48,215 nucleotides of DNA from Armatimonadota bacterium (GTDB taxonomy: Bacteria; Armatimonadota; Fimbriimonadia; Fimbriimonadales; GBS-DC), in the NCBI GenBank assembly GCA_039630445.1, contig JBCNVA010000014.1:1-48215 (forward strand). Direction: 5' to 3'. Shown here piece after piece: positions 7,311 through 17,326 of this stretch. A program made the position numbers and the translations under genes. Each line of letters begins with the position of its first letter. Positions within the stretch are counted from its first letter, which is position 1. The notes beneath the pieces were generated by a model. It did not search any database and was not told where the DNA came from. It worked only from the letters and a program-made list of their open reading frames with translations.

Positions 7311-10064
7311 TTACTGCATCATCTTGCGCAGTACCATCGGCAGAATTCCGCCGTGGTGATAGTAGTCCACTTCGATCGGCGTGTCCACACGCGCCAGCAC
7401 TTGGAACACACGCTCTGAGCCGTCAGGCTTGACGGCGCGAACGGTGAGTGTCTTGCGCGGCGTGAGCGTGGCGATGCCCTCGATATGGAACACCTCCTCG
7501 CCTGTTAAGCCGAGCGTCTGCACATTCTCGCCGGGCAGGAACTGCAGGGGCAGTACGCCCATCCCGACCAAGTTGCCCCGGTGGATGCGCTCGAAGCTTT
7601 CGGCGATCACAGCGCGCACGCCCAGCAGCGCCGTGCCTTTGGCAGCCCAGTCGCGCGAGCTGCCAGAGCCGTACTCCTTGCCCGCCAGCACAATCAGCGG
7701 GATACCCCGTGCCCGATAGCGCTCGCTCGCCTCGAACATCGTGATGCGCTCGCCCGTTAGCCAGTCAATCGTGTAACCCCCTTCGACGCCGGGCAGCAGC
7801 AAGTTCTTGATGCGGATGTTCGCGAAGGTGCCACGGATCATCACCTCGTGATTGCCGCGGCGCGAGCCGTAAGTGTTGAAATCGCGCGGGTCAACGCCCT
7901 TGCTGATGAGGTACTGCCCCGCGGGGCTATCCACCGGGATGCTGCCTGCAGGCGAGATATGGTCGGTCGTGATGCTGTCGCCAAAGATTGCCAGCACGCG
8001 CGCGCCGTGAATATCCTGCAGCGGCGGAGGCGTATCGGGCATGCCGTCGAAATAGGGCGGACGCTGAATGTAGGTGCTATCTGGATCCCACTGATAGACC
8101 TGCGTCTGAGGGATGGGCAGGGTGCGCCAGTGTTCATCGCCCTCGAACACGCTGGCATAGCGATGTTTGAACATCTCGGAGCGTATGGAGCGGGCAATCG
8201 TCTCGCGCACCTCCTGCGGACTGGGCCAAATATCGCGCAGGTACACAGGCTGCCCGTTCGGGTCGTATCCCAGTGGCTCATGGTAGAGGTCGATGTCGAT
8301 GCGCCCCGCTAAGGCATAGGCAACCACCAGTGGTGGCGACGCCAGATAGTTTGCCTTCACCAGCGGGTTGATCCGCGCCTCAAAGTTGCGATTGCCCGAC
8401 AGCACCGCCGCAACGACCAGATTGCCCTCACGCACCGCCTTCGCAACAGGTTCTGGCAGCGGACCGCTGTTGCCGATACAGGTGGTGCAGCCGTAGCCGA
8501 CCACATGGAAGCGCAGCGCCTCCAGGTAGGGCAGTAGCCCCGATGCCTCCAGATAATCGGTCACCACGCGGCTGCCAGGCGCAAGGCTTGTCTTGACATA
8601 CGGCTTGACCGTCAGTCCGCGTTCGACTGCCTTCCTTGCCAGCAGCCCTGCCGCCACCATCACCGCTGGGTTGGAAGTGTTCGTGCAACTGGTGATGGCA
8701 GCAATCACCACATCGCCATGATGGAGGAACACCTCCTCGTCGCCAATCAGCACGGGCACGCCAGCTCGTCCGCGCTCGGCAGGGGTGTCCTCTGCAGGCG
8801 ATTCGGTTGCCCAGCGATCGTTTTCTGGCTCTGTTAGCCCAAAGCCCCCCTCTCGAACAGGCGTGTAGAGTGCCTTGCGGAAGCTTTGCTTGACCTCGCG
8901 CAGGGGCACGCGGTCATGCGGGCGTTTCGGTCCTGCCAGGCTCGGCTCTACCGTGCCCAGGTCCAGCTCCAAAATGTCCGAGTAGTCTGGATCGGGCGTC
9001 TCATCGGTGCGGAACAGCGCGTTCTCTTTGCAATAGGCTTCCACAAGGCGCACGAGGCTCTCATGTCGCCCCGTGAAGCGCAAGTAGTCCAGCGTGCGGG
9101 CATCCACGGGGAAAAAGCCCATCGTTGCCCCATACTCGGGCGCCATGTTGGCAATCGTCGCGCGATCCTCCACGCTCAGACTGCTCAAGCCAGGTCCGTA
9201 GAACTCCACAAATTTGTCCACCACGCCCTTCTTGCGCAGCAGCTGCGTGAGGGTCAGCACCAGATCGGTGGCGGTTGCCCCTTCGGGCAGCTGTCCCGTG
9301 AGTTTGACCCCCACCACCTGCGGGATAAGCATATAGTAAGGCTGACCTAACATCACCGCTTCCGCTTCGATGCCGCCCACGCCCCAGCCCAGCACGCCTA
9401 GCGCGTTAATCATCGTGGTGTGGCTGTCAGTGCCGACCAGCGAATCGGGGAACGCCCACAGCTCGCCATCGACGGGCTGCGTTTGCACCACCTTGCCCAG
9501 ATACTCCAGATTCACCTGATGTACGATGCCTGTGCCGGGGGGCACCACGCGGAAGTTGTCGAACGCCTGCTGTGCCCAGCGCAGCAGCATATACCGCTCG
9601 CGATTACGCTCGAACTCCTTCTCCACATTCAGGATGAAGGCGTACTCCGTGCCGAAGTAGTCGACCTGCACCGAGTGGTCAATAACCAGATCGACGGGCA
9701 CGACGGGATTGATTTTCTGCGGGTCGCCTCCACGCTGCTGGATGGCGTCGCGCATCGCGACCATGTCGACCACACAGGGCACGCCCGTAAAGTCTTGCAG
9801 GATGACCCGTGCAGGCATCAGAGGGATTTCGCGCAGCTCAGGCTGAGGCTGCCAGTTCGCCAGGGCGCGGATAACCGCCTCTGCCTCGTCACCCAGAATG
9901 GTTTTGCCCTCAGGCGTCTCGGCAAGCCGCAGCATATTCTCCAACAGCACCCGAATCGAGAAGGGCAGCCGTTCGATGTTTCCTGTGCCCTGCTTCTGCA
10001 GGGCAGGCAGGCTGAAAAATGTGTAGCGTTGTTCATCAACCGCCAGCGTTGTTTTGACGCTCAT
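7311..10064 (-). CDS. acnA: Aconitate hydratase A
   Basis: [65 protein letters not shown]. Confidence 0.98.
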   Translation of the reverse strand: MSVKTTLAVDEQRYTFFSLPALQKQGTGNIERLPFSIRVLLENMLRLAETPEGKTILGDEAEAVIRALANWQPQPELREIPLMPARVILQDFTGVPCVVDMVAMRDAIQQRGGDPQKINPVVPVDLVIDHSVQVDYFGTEYAFILNVEKEFERNRERYMLLRWAQQAFDNFRVVPPGTGIVHQVNLEYLGKVVQTQPVDGELWAFPDSLVGTDSHTTMINALGVLGWGVGGIEAEAVMLGQPYYMLIPQVVGVKLTGQLPEGATATDLVLTLTQLLRKKGVVDKFVEFYGPGLSSLSVEDRATIANMAPEYGATMGFFPVDARTLDYLRFTGRHESLVRLVEAYCKENALFRTDETPDPDYSDILELDLGTVEPSLAGPKRPHDRVPLREVKQSFRKALYTPVREGGFGLTEPENDRWATESPAEDTPAERGRAGVPVLIGDEEVFLHHGDVVIAAITSCTNTSNPAVMVAAGLLARKAVERGLTVKPYVKTSLAPGSRVVTDYLEASGLLPYLEALRFHVVGYGCTTCIGNSGPLPEPVAKAVREGNLVVAAVLSGNRNFEARINPLVKANYLASPPLVVAYALAGRIDIDLYHEPLGYDPNGQPVYLRDIWPSPQEVRETIARSIRSEMFKHRYASVFEGDEHWRTLPIPQTQVYQWDPDSTYIQRPPYFDGMPDTPPPLQDIHGARVLAIFGDSITTDHISPAGSIPVDSPAGQYLISKGVDPRDFNTYGSRRGNHEVMIRGTFANIRIKNLLLPGVEGGYTIDWLTGERITMFEASERYRARGIPLIVLAGKEYGSGSSRDWAAKGTALLGVRAVIAESFERIHRGNLVGMGVLPLQFLPGENVQTLGLTGEEVFHIEGIATLTPRKTLTVRAVKPDGSERVFQVLARVDTPIEVDYYHHGGILPMVLRKMMQ

Positions 10065-10139
10065 CGTTTAGCTCCTCCCGCTCCTATTGTACCTGTGAAC
10101 TTGGTAGTCTATACCAATTGGCAAAGCAAACACTGTGAT

Positions 10140-10285
10140 GTCGTCGGCGAGACGCCGACGCTACGAACGCGCCCTGCGTAGCGTCGGCGTCCCCGCCGAC
10201 GATAAGAACGCGCCCTGCGTAGCATCGGCGTCCCCGCCGACGATAAGAACGCGCCCTGCGTAGCGTCGGCGTCCCCGCCGACGAT
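10140..10285. repeat. GTAG-type REP cluster (BIME-like): one inverted plus three tandem copies, 41-bp period
   Basis: Unit GAACGCGCCCTGC-GTAGCGTCGGCGTCCCCGCCGACG-ATAA starts at 10165, 10206 and 10247; inverted copy at 10140-10164. Confidence 0.9.
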
Positions 10286-10313
10286 GACAGCACTTGAAAT
10301 GGCGATTGGTATA

Positions 10314-11351
10314 CTACTCATCGATAGTCAGCACGATTTTGCCGAAGAAGTCGCGGCTTTCCAGTTTTTCGTGGGCGGCACGGGCTTGTTCCAGCGGGAA
10401 CACACTATCCACGACAGGCTTGAGCCGCCCCGCTTCCACATGGGTCAGCAGTTGCGCCAATTCCGCGCGTGTACCCAGATAGGCGCCATAAATCTCCAGC
10501 TCGCGGCTGAACAGGTAGCGGATATCGAACTGCCCCATTTGCCCTGTGGTTGCGCCGCAGGTGACGAGTCGTCCACCCTTGTTGAGCAGGCGCACGCACG
10601 ACTCGAACACCGCCTGCCCGATATGCTCGAACACCACATCGATGCCCTCGCCCTCCGTTTTGTCTTTCACCTCGCGCCACCATTCAGGGTGGCTGTGGTT
10701 CACCACGGCGTCGGCGCCCAGTTGGAGCACCTTCTCCATTTTCTGCTCGGTGCCTGCCGTCGCGATGACGAGGGCACCGCGTAGCTTCGCGATCTGGATC
10801 GCCGCACTGCCCACCCCACTGCTACCGCCCATCACAAGCACCCATTCACCGGGCTGCAGACGCGCCCGGTGGATGAGCATATGCCATGCGGTTAGAAACA
10901 CAAGGGGAACCGCAGCAGCTTCTACGAAGCTGAGAATAGTGGGCTTGGGCAGCAGGTTGCGGGCGGGCACGACGATATACTCCGCATAACCGCCCGCACG
11001 ATGCGCACCGATTACCTGCACCTCCAAGCAGAGGTTCTCACGCCCCCTGCGACAGTAACGGCACTGTCCACAACTAATCAGGGGATACAGCACTACGAGG
11101 TCGCCCTTGCGCCATTCCTTGACGCCTTCGCCCACCGCAACGACCTCGCCCGCTATATCGCTGCCCAAAATGTGGGGTAGGGGAGTGTTATAGGCAGGGA
11201 TACCATTACGCACCCAAATGTCTAAATGGTTTAGTGCACATGCCCGCACACGCACCAGCACCTCGCCCGCTTGTGGTACGGGATCAGGCACATCCGTTTC
11301 ATAAATCAGTTTCTCTGCCGTGCCAAACTCATGGATTCGTACCGCTTTCAT
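10314..11351 (-). CDS. Zinc-binding dehydrogenase / quinone oxidoreductase (MDR family)
   Basis: MKAVRI, ALNHLD.W, structural Zn motif CGQCRYC..G.EN.C, G..SGVG, FGKIVL. Confidence 0.92.
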   Translation of the reverse strand: MKAVRIHEFGTAEKLIYETDVPDPVPQAGEVLVRVRACALNHLDIWVRNGIPAYNTPLPHILGSDIAGEVVAVGEGVKEWRKGDLVVLYPLISCGQCRYCRRGRENLCLEVQVIGAHRAGGYAEYIVVPARNLLPKPTILSFVEAAAVPLVFLTAWHMLIHRARLQPGEWVLVMGGSSGVGSAAIQIAKLRGALVIATAGTEQKMEKVLQLGADAVVNHSHPEWWREVKDKTEGEGIDVVFEHIGQAVFESCVRLLNKGGRLVTCGATTGQMGQFDIRYLFSRELEIYGAYLGTRAELAQLLTHVEAGRLKPVVDSVFPLEQARAAHEKLESRDFFGKIVLTIDE

Positions 11352-11418
11352 ACTCGGTATGATACCCAAAAGGGGGTATACTCTATGCCAACGCTATGCA
11401 GGTCAAGGAGGAGAGAAA

Positions 11419-12495
11419 TTGGGCAAAATAGGCATTGGGATTATCGGTTCAGGCGGTATCGCACAGTCGCAGCACATGCCGGGCTACGCGCGGTTAGGCG
11501 ATCGGGTGCAGCTTGTTGCCGTCGCAGATATTAATGAGGAAAACGCGCGTACAGCCGCTGCCAAATTTAATGTGCCACATATCTACACCGATTACCGCGA
11601 GTTGCTCAAGCGTGACGATATTCATGCAGTAAGCGTCTGCACGCCTAACTTCTTGCATATGGATGCCACCATCGCGGCGCTGGAGGCGGGCAAACATGTA
11701 CTGTGTGAGAAACCGCTGGCACGGAACGCGCAGGAGGCGCGCGAGATGGTGAAGGCAGCGCGGCGCACCGGCAAAATCCTGCAGGTTGCGCTCCAGTGGC
11801 GGTTTACGGGCGTGGCGCAGTTCCTGTATAAATACATTCAGCAGGAGGGCAATCTGGGGGAGATCTATTATGCCCGTGCGCACGCGCTGCGCCGACGGGG
11901 CATCCCCAGCTGGGGTGTGTTCACCGACAAAGAGAAACAGGGCGGCGGGCCGCTCATCGATATCGGCGTGCATATTCTGGATGTGACCCTCTGGCTGATG
12001 GGCTATCCCCGCCCCATATCCGCATTCGGGGCGACCTACACGAAGTTCGGGCATCGCACCGATGTGGTGGGCTTGATGGGGCAGTGGGACCCCAGCAAGT
12101 TCACCGTGGAGGACTTTGCCGTGGGGCTGATCCGCCTCGAAAACGGCGCCACGATTACTTTGGAGTCGAGCTTTTGTGCAAACATCGAAAGCGACGAGTT
12201 CAATGTGCTGATTCTGGGCGATCGGGGCGGTGTGTTTGCCAACCCCATCGGACAGCCACCCGTGAAAATCTTTACCGAGTGGAATCGCACCCTTTACAAC
12301 ATTGAACCAGCCCATCTGCCCACTGTGAATGCCTACCACGCCGAGATCGAGGCATTTATCGACGCAATTGAACACGGCAAGCCGTCGCCTGTGCCAGGAG
12401 AACAAGGCTTTATTCTGAATGCCATTCTGGATGCAATTTACAAATCAGCCGAGACGGGTCACGAGGTCGCGGTGGACACCGCACTGGGCGAGTAG
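11419..12495 (+). CDS. Gfo/Idh/MocA family oxidoreductase
   Basis: GIIGSGGIA, CTPNFLH, HVLCEKP, GGGPLIDIGVH; TTG start with SD AAGGAGG. Confidence 0.93.
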   Translation: MGKIGIGIIGSGGIAQSQHMPGYARLGDRVQLVAVADINEENARTAAAKFNVPHIYTDYRELLKRDDIHAVSVCTPNFLHMDATIAALEAGKHVLCEKPLARNAQEAREMVKAARRTGKILQVALQWRFTGVAQFLYKYIQQEGNLGEIYYARAHALRRRGIPSWGVFTDKEKQGGGPLIDIGVHILDVTLWLMGYPRPISAFGATYTKFGHRTDVVGLMGQWDPSKFTVEDFAVGLIRLENGATITLESSFCANIESDEFNVLILGDRGGVFANPIGQPPVKIFTEWNRTLYNIEPAHLPTVNAYHAEIEAFIDAIEHGKPSPVPGEQGFILNAILDAIYKSAETGHEVAVDTALGE

Positions 12496-12498
12496 CGG

Positions 12499-13725
12499 AT
12501 GGCACAGACGGCGTTCTGGGCGCTGGTGCTGATGGCGGGCTTCGCGGAGCTGGGCTATGTCACGCTCAACATCTCCGCGATGCCCGTCTATTTGCGTGAT
12601 AGCATCGGGCTGGGTGAGTCGACCGTGACGGCGGTCGGCTCCGTTTTTTTGCTGACCGAAGCGATTTTTCGCGCGCCGATGGGCATGCTCAGCGATCGGC
12701 TGGGGCGCCGCCGCTTGATGCTTGCTGGTCCATTTATCTCCTGTTGGACTGCCCTCGCGACAGTCTTTGTGGAGCATCCGGTGTGGTTCCTGCTGCTGCG
12801 GGCGCTGGATGGGCTGGGCGCCGCGATGCTCTGGCCCGCTGCCTATGCCGCGATTGGCGATACCGTGCCTCCAGAACGCCGCTCGTGGGCGATGAGTTTT
12901 CTGAACATGACCTACATGTCGGGCGTTGCGCTCGGACCGCTGGCGGGCGGACTGGCGAACGACCTGACGGGTCGGAAAACCGCCTCGTTCTATCTGGTGG
13001 CTATCCTGTTTGCGATTGCAGTGCTGATTATCTGGCGGTTCTATCCTCGCGATGGAGGGGTCTCCTCGCCCCAGAAAGACCCTAAGCATAGTGAATTCTC
13101 GTGGCGAGCGTTTCTGAGCGCAGTGCGCTTGGTGCCTGGGCATCTGTTGCTGGCGTTTGTGGTCTTTTTCGGGATTGGACTGGTGATGCTGCTGGTCAAG
13201 CTATATGCGATGGACGAGTTCCAGATTAGCGAGACGGTGTTCGGGCTGGGGCTGGTGTTTCCTGCGCTGCTGATTGGTGCGCTGAGCGTGCCGATTGGGC
13301 ACTGGTCTGATCGGTTGGGGCATGTGCCCTCCGTGCGATTGGGGCTGGCGGGAGGCGCGCTGGTGATGTGGGCGATTGTGTTGCCCGCGAAGCCACATCC
13401 GCTGGTGGTGTTGCTGGCGGCGGGTGTCGGTGCGCTCAGCTTCGTGCTGGCGTTAGCGGCGTGGATGGCGGAACTGAGCGAGATCTATCCGGAGCGGCGG
13501 GGGGTTGTTTTGGGCGCGGCGGGCACCGCGCAGGGCATCGGCAGCATTCTGGGCGCGTTGCTGGGTGGCGTGCTGTATGAGCATGTGAGCTTGACAATTG
13601 GCAACTGGCGTGTGCCCTCTCATCGTGTGCCCTTTATCGGCTGCGCGCTAATGCTCACGCTGGGCGTGCTGCTGAGTTTGGTCGTGTTGAAACCGCGCCG
13701 AAAGGTACCGACGGGCAACGAGTAG
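12499..13725 (+). CDS. MFS transporter
   Basis: Motif A G.LSDRLGRR, repeated as GHWSDRLG; about 12 hydrophobic segments. Confidence 0.9.
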   Translation: MAQTAFWALVLMAGFAELGYVTLNISAMPVYLRDSIGLGESTVTAVGSVFLLTEAIFRAPMGMLSDRLGRRRLMLAGPFISCWTALATVFVEHPVWFLLLRALDGLGAAMLWPAAYAAIGDTVPPERRSWAMSFLNMTYMSGVALGPLAGGLANDLTGRKTASFYLVAILFAIAVLIIWRFYPRDGGVSSPQKDPKHSEFSWRAFLSAVRLVPGHLLLAFVVFFGIGLVMLLVKLYAMDEFQISETVFGLGLVFPALLIGALSVPIGHWSDRLGHVPSVRLGLAGGALVMWAIVLPAKPHPLVVLLAAGVGALSFVLALAAWMAELSEIYPERRGVVLGAAGTAQGIGSILGALLGGVLYEHVSLTIGNWRVPSHRVPFIGCALMLTLGVLLSLVVLKPRRKVPTGNE

Positions 13726-13733
13726 CCGCCCAG

Positions 13734-14156
13734 CTACGATGCAGCACTACCGACAGGTTCAGGCAGCCCCAGCATACGGCGCAAGTCGCTCACGAACTCC
13801 TCAATCAGCGTGCCGGGCGGATAGACCCCGCGCACGCCCATCTGTTTGAGGGCTTCCGCGTCGTCCTCAGGGATGGTGCCGCCCGCTATCACCAGAATAT
13901 CCTCCGCGTTGCGCTCCTTCAGCAGGTTCAGAACACGCGGGATAAGCGTCATATGCGCCCCCGACAGGATGCTGATGGCGATCACATCGGCATCCTCCTG
14001 CAGGGCAATCTCGACCACATCTTCGGGAGTGCGTCGGAGTCCCGTGTAGATGACCTCGAAGCCAGCATCGCGCAGGGCGCGAGCAACCACCTTCGCACCC
14101 CGATCGTGCCCATCCAGACCCACCTTCGCCACCACCACACGCGGAACACGACTCAT
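13734..14156 (-). CDS. Cobalamin-binding subunit of methylmalonyl-CoA (acyl-CoA) mutase
   Basis: [13 protein letters not shown] (DxHxxG), ALRDAG.EVIYTG, S.LSGAH, GG.IP. Confidence 0.92.
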   Translation of the reverse strand: MSRVPRVVVAKVGLDGHDRGAKVVARALRDAGFEVIYTGLRRTPEDVVEIALQEDADVIAISILSGAHMTLIPRVLNLLKERNAEDILVIAGGTIPEDDAEALKQMGVRGVYPPGTLIEEFVSDLRRMLGLPEPVGSAAS

Positions 14157-14179
14157 CAAAAGAATTGTACCATGAGGGG

Positions 14180-14226
14180 CACAAATACAGGCAGGTCACC
14201 CCTTCAGGGAGGGGGGTAAACCTGCC
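14180..14226 (-). terminator. Probable hairpin terminator after the small membrane protein gene
   Basis: GGCAGGT-CACCCCTTC/GAGGGGGGT-ACCTGCC imperfect stem followed by TGTATTTGT on the minus strand. Confidence 0.45.
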
Positions 14227-14246
14227 CTAAACCAGCACGGAGGGTA

Positions 14247-14486
14247 TTATTGCCCCTTGCCGCCTGGCAGCGGGATGGAAACGGAGGGTGCGGGCTGATT
14301 GCTTGGTGGCTGCACCCCATAAGCCTCCACCCCAGGCTGGTTTTGCTGAGATTGGGGATAGGCGTGGGAGGGTACATTTCTACCACCGCCTCCACCGCTC
14401 CCTGCAAAGAAGTACCAGCCGATCCCGACTGCCAGTACCACAGCGATGGCAATGATAGCGAACGCTACTGGCTTTGGAATCTCCAT
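14247..14486 (-). CDS. Small single-pass membrane protein with Gly/Pro/Gln-rich tail
   Basis: One N-terminal TM helix, SD GAGG, 9 nt downstream of the prepilin-type gene. Confidence 0.75.
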   Translation of the reverse strand: MEIPKPVAFAIIAIAVVLAVGIGWYFFAGSGGGGGRNVPSHAYPQSQQNQPGVEAYGVQPPSNQPAPSVSIPLPGGKGQ

Positions 14487-14495
14487 AGTCTTGCC

Positions 14496-15461
14496 TCACT
14501 CACCATAGTCATCCAGATCCCAGAGATACTCTTTGGGGTCTAGGATGAAGCCGCCGCACTGGGGGCGTGCGTCGCATCCCACGGTCAGTTGCCGTGGCGT
14601 GTAGGCTTTGGTGTGTCCATCTACAAAGGCGACCATCATGCGCTCGCGTCGGTGCCAGGGCCAGCAGCCGCCGAACTCCATCCAGGTATACCACCCTGTG
14701 GCGGTCTGCAGTCGCCAGCAGGCAGGGCGTGCTCCCATGCCACAGCTTCCACCCGCATAGTCATACCACCAGTTCGCCCGCTGACTGTCACACTCCTGGC
14801 GGACGATTGTGAAGCTATCCACTACCTGTCCTGCCGCGTTGCGGTAGTAGCGACAGGGTGGCATCACAATCCAGTTGCCGCCGCAGAGCGGTTGTCGGGT
14901 GACTGGATCGCGCCACCAAACGCTATCCACAAAGAGCACCGTCGCTGCAGGTCTGCCGATCTGGGCATCTGTCGCAGGCTTGTTGCCGTAAGGGGGATGC
15001 CCACTGCTCCAGCGGAAGATGGGGGAGAGATACACATAGTTATAACCCAGATCAGTCTTGAGCGCCCAGCGGTATTCCCGGATGCACTGCTGCGTAGGAG
15101 GTGGCTCGTTATCGGCAGGACAGGCATCCAGAATCGCATCGGTCGCCTGGGGATCGGAAGGGCAACGGAAGACGATCCAGCTTTTTGCGTAAGGCATCAA
15201 CAACTGAGCAAGGATGCGGTCATCACAATTGTCCCCGCCAGCGAACGAGGCGAACCACTGGGTCAGGGGCTGGGTGGTATCGTAGTCGCCGGTATACATA
15301 GCGACCGCACGCGCCACCTGATGGAACCGACTGGCGCAGCTAATCTGGCGTGCCGATTCACGCGCCTGTGCAAACACAGGGAACAATATCGCCGCCAGAA
15401 TAGCGATAATTGCAATCACAACCAGCAGCTCTATGAGCGTAAAACCACGCCTTCTCATCAT
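14496..15461 (-). CDS. Prepilin-type N-terminal cleavage/methylation protein with DUF1559-like region and H-X9-DG motif
   Basis: RRRG|[53 protein letters not shown]; SD GGAGG. Confidence 0.92.
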   Translation of the reverse strand: MMRRRGFTLIELLVVIAIIAILAAILFPVFAQARESARQISCASRFHQVARAVAMYTGDYDTTQPLTQWFASFAGGDNCDDRILAQLLMPYAKSWIVFRCPSDPQATDAILDACPADNEPPPTQQCIREYRWALKTDLGYNYVYLSPIFRWSSGHPPYGNKPATDAQIGRPAATVLFVDSVWWRDPVTRQPLCGGNWIVMPPCRYYRNAAGQVVDSFTIVRQECDSQRANWWYDYAGGSCGMGARPACWRLQTATGWYTWMEFGGCWPWHRRERMMVAFVDGHTKAYTPRQLTVGCDARPQCGGFILDPKEYLWDLDDYGE

Positions 15462-15508
15462 CAGCACCTCCACCCTACTAAGTACCGCACGCCATGTACG
15501 ATTCCTGC

Positions 15509-15545
15509 AAAAACGGGGGCAGAAACTTTCCAAGTTTCTGCCCCC
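15509..15545 (-). terminator. Intrinsic terminator
   Basis: Minus strand GGGGGCAGAAACTT-GGA-AAGTTTCTGCCCCC-GTTTTT. Confidence 0.85.
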
Positions 15546-15563
15546 TTAGACGTAAGGCGACTT

Positions 15564-16973
15564 TTAGCAGGACTCGTCGCCATCTTCGCAGATGCCGAAG
15601 TTGAGCAGGGCATCGAGTAGATCGGCATCGTCCACTGTCCCGTCATCGTTTACATCCGCGACTGCATCCGTGCCTCCGAAACTAAGCAGAATGGCTAGCA
15701 GGTCCGCATCGTCTATGCAGCCGTCGTTGTTCGCGTCGCCGTTCGGCAGGGTGAAACTGCCCAGATCGACCGTGCCCCCGGGCGGCACCGTCACATTGGA
15801 GAAGCGCTTGCCCACCCAGTGCGTGTCGGGATCAAAAGTGACATTCGTCACGCAGATGTTGGTCGGGCAGTTAACGGTGATAATGGTGGGCGAGTAGATG
15901 GGGCGCACCACGATGTCGTAGGTGCCTGCCGCCACAGGAGGTGTGTTGATGGTATAAGGACCCGGAGCCGGTGCTGTGGGCATGCTAAAGCGGGCGATGC
16001 GCTGCTTTGTGCCCGGTTTATAGAAAATCACCTCCACATTGGTAATAGGCGATTGCGGGGAGCCTGCCGTCACGCTGCCCGTGACCGTACCCCCTGCCGC
16101 TTGCGAATAGCGGAACCCCAGCACGCCATGGTAGAGCTGCGGCGAATGGTAGCGGTTCCAATGAGGTTGAGCGTTCCACGGGGGACAATTTGCAAACGGG
16201 TCGCCACTGCGCCACGGCAGGTCGGTGTTCAGGATGCGCTCGCAAGTAAACGGCGCGACGGAGGTGTTGTAGCGGAACAATTGCCACTGAGCTGGTGCCG
16301 TGCAGGCGGAACCGATCCCGCGCGGTGTGTAATACAGCTTCGGTCCGCCTGGCGCACCCATCCCCAGCGCGAAGTAGCTGTCAAAGGGACCACATGCCGA
16401 GAAGTCCTCGTCAGCTACGATAATCGCGAAGTAGAGACCGGGCGGAAGCGTCAGCGTCGTGCCCAGCGGGGTGGTGCGCAGGTAGAGGAAGGTGGTCGTA
16501 CCACCATAGTAGGTCAGAAGCGGCTCGTCTTTTTGCCCCGGGATAGGCGGATCGCCCGGCGACGTACCAAGGCTAAGCCCGGAGTCATAAATCACATTGT
16601 TCAGATTAGGGATAGGTCGTGGTACATTTGGGGGACATGTAGGGGTGACCGTCGTCGCGCCTGTGATGATAACCCTCAGAATCGGCTGACCTGTGTGAAA
16701 TGCCGGGGAGTAAGCGATCGAGTCGAAAGTGGTGGTCTGGCACAGCTGGAACGGCAGCGCCGTCCACCGAGCGGGGAGACCTGCACTACCAACATCACCA
16801 GAGATGAAGAAGAGATAGGTCGCACTAAGGGTCGGTGCTTCGCAAGTTCCACCAACTTGGTACCAGGCGTTTGCGGGGTTGCCCGCGAAGTAAACAAACG
16901 GGTCGTTGGCAAGCGTTTTGCTCGCCAGCATCATCGACAGCACCAGTGAACCAAACACCACTCTGCCTCTCAT
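15564..16973 (-). CDS. Secreted Cys/Pro/Thr-rich protein with C-terminal dockerin-like repeats
   Basis: Signal peptide; GDANNDGCIDDADLLAILLSFG and ADVNDDGTVDDADLLDALLNFG; SD AAAGGAGG. Confidence 0.82.
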   Translation of the reverse strand: MRGRVVFGSLVLSMMLASKTLANDPFVYFAGNPANAWYQVGGTCEAPTLSATYLFFISGDVGSAGLPARWTALPFQLCQTTTFDSIAYSPAFHTGQPILRVIITGATTVTPTCPPNVPRPIPNLNNVIYDSGLSLGTSPGDPPIPGQKDEPLLTYYGGTTTFLYLRTTPLGTTLTLPPGLYFAIIVADEDFSACGPFDSYFALGMGAPGGPKLYYTPRGIGSACTAPAQWQLFRYNTSVAPFTCERILNTDLPWRSGDPFANCPPWNAQPHWNRYHSPQLYHGVLGFRYSQAAGGTVTGSVTAGSPQSPITNVEVIFYKPGTKQRIARFSMPTAPAPGPYTINTPPVAAGTYDIVVRPIYSPTIITVNCPTNICVTNVTFDPDTHWVGKRFSNVTVPPGGTVDLGSFTLPNGDANNDGCIDDADLLAILLSFGGTDAVADVNDDGTVDDADLLDALLNFGICEDGDESC

Positions 16974-17003
16974 TGCATCCGACCTCCTTTGCAAGGGTAC
17001 TTA

Positions 17004-17033
17004 ATTGTACCCCATTTTTACGGGTTCTGTCAA
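17004..17033 (-). promoter_or_regulatory. Sigma70-type promoter for the 15564-16973 gene
   Basis: Minus strand TTGACA-N18-TACAAT. Confidence 0.75.
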
Positions 17034-17041
17034 GAGGGCGC

Positions 17042-17219
17042 GAGGGTGTTCGAAAAATCGGGGGTGGGTGTGGGTGGTGGAGATGGTGGTGGGGCAGGCA
17101 TATGCCGACGAGGGCAAGTGGCTCTCGCCGCGGGTGGCGCGGTATGAGCGTGGGGGTGCCAGCGGCGACCTTAGTAGTGGAGGACGCGCTGTTCAGGGGG
17201 CAAATTCCAGAATACTCTC
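17042..17219. mobile_element. Possible degenerate MITE-like element
   Basis: Left end GAGGGTGTTCGAAAA; right end reverse-complements to GAGAGTATTCTGGAA; ends resemble those of 20316-20499. Confidence 0.35.
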
Positions 17220-17326
17220 TCAAACACGGCAGGGACTCTTCACTTCGCGCGGAATAACAAAGGCTGCCGCTCCACAAAGCCCGCTATCCCGACGAGATGG
17301 CTTAGGAACAGGGGGTCAAACGGAAG

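Noticed and set aside
10140-10285. Possible CRISPR array
   Set aside because: The units repeat end to end with no unique spacers and no cas genes are nearby; it fits a REP cluster.
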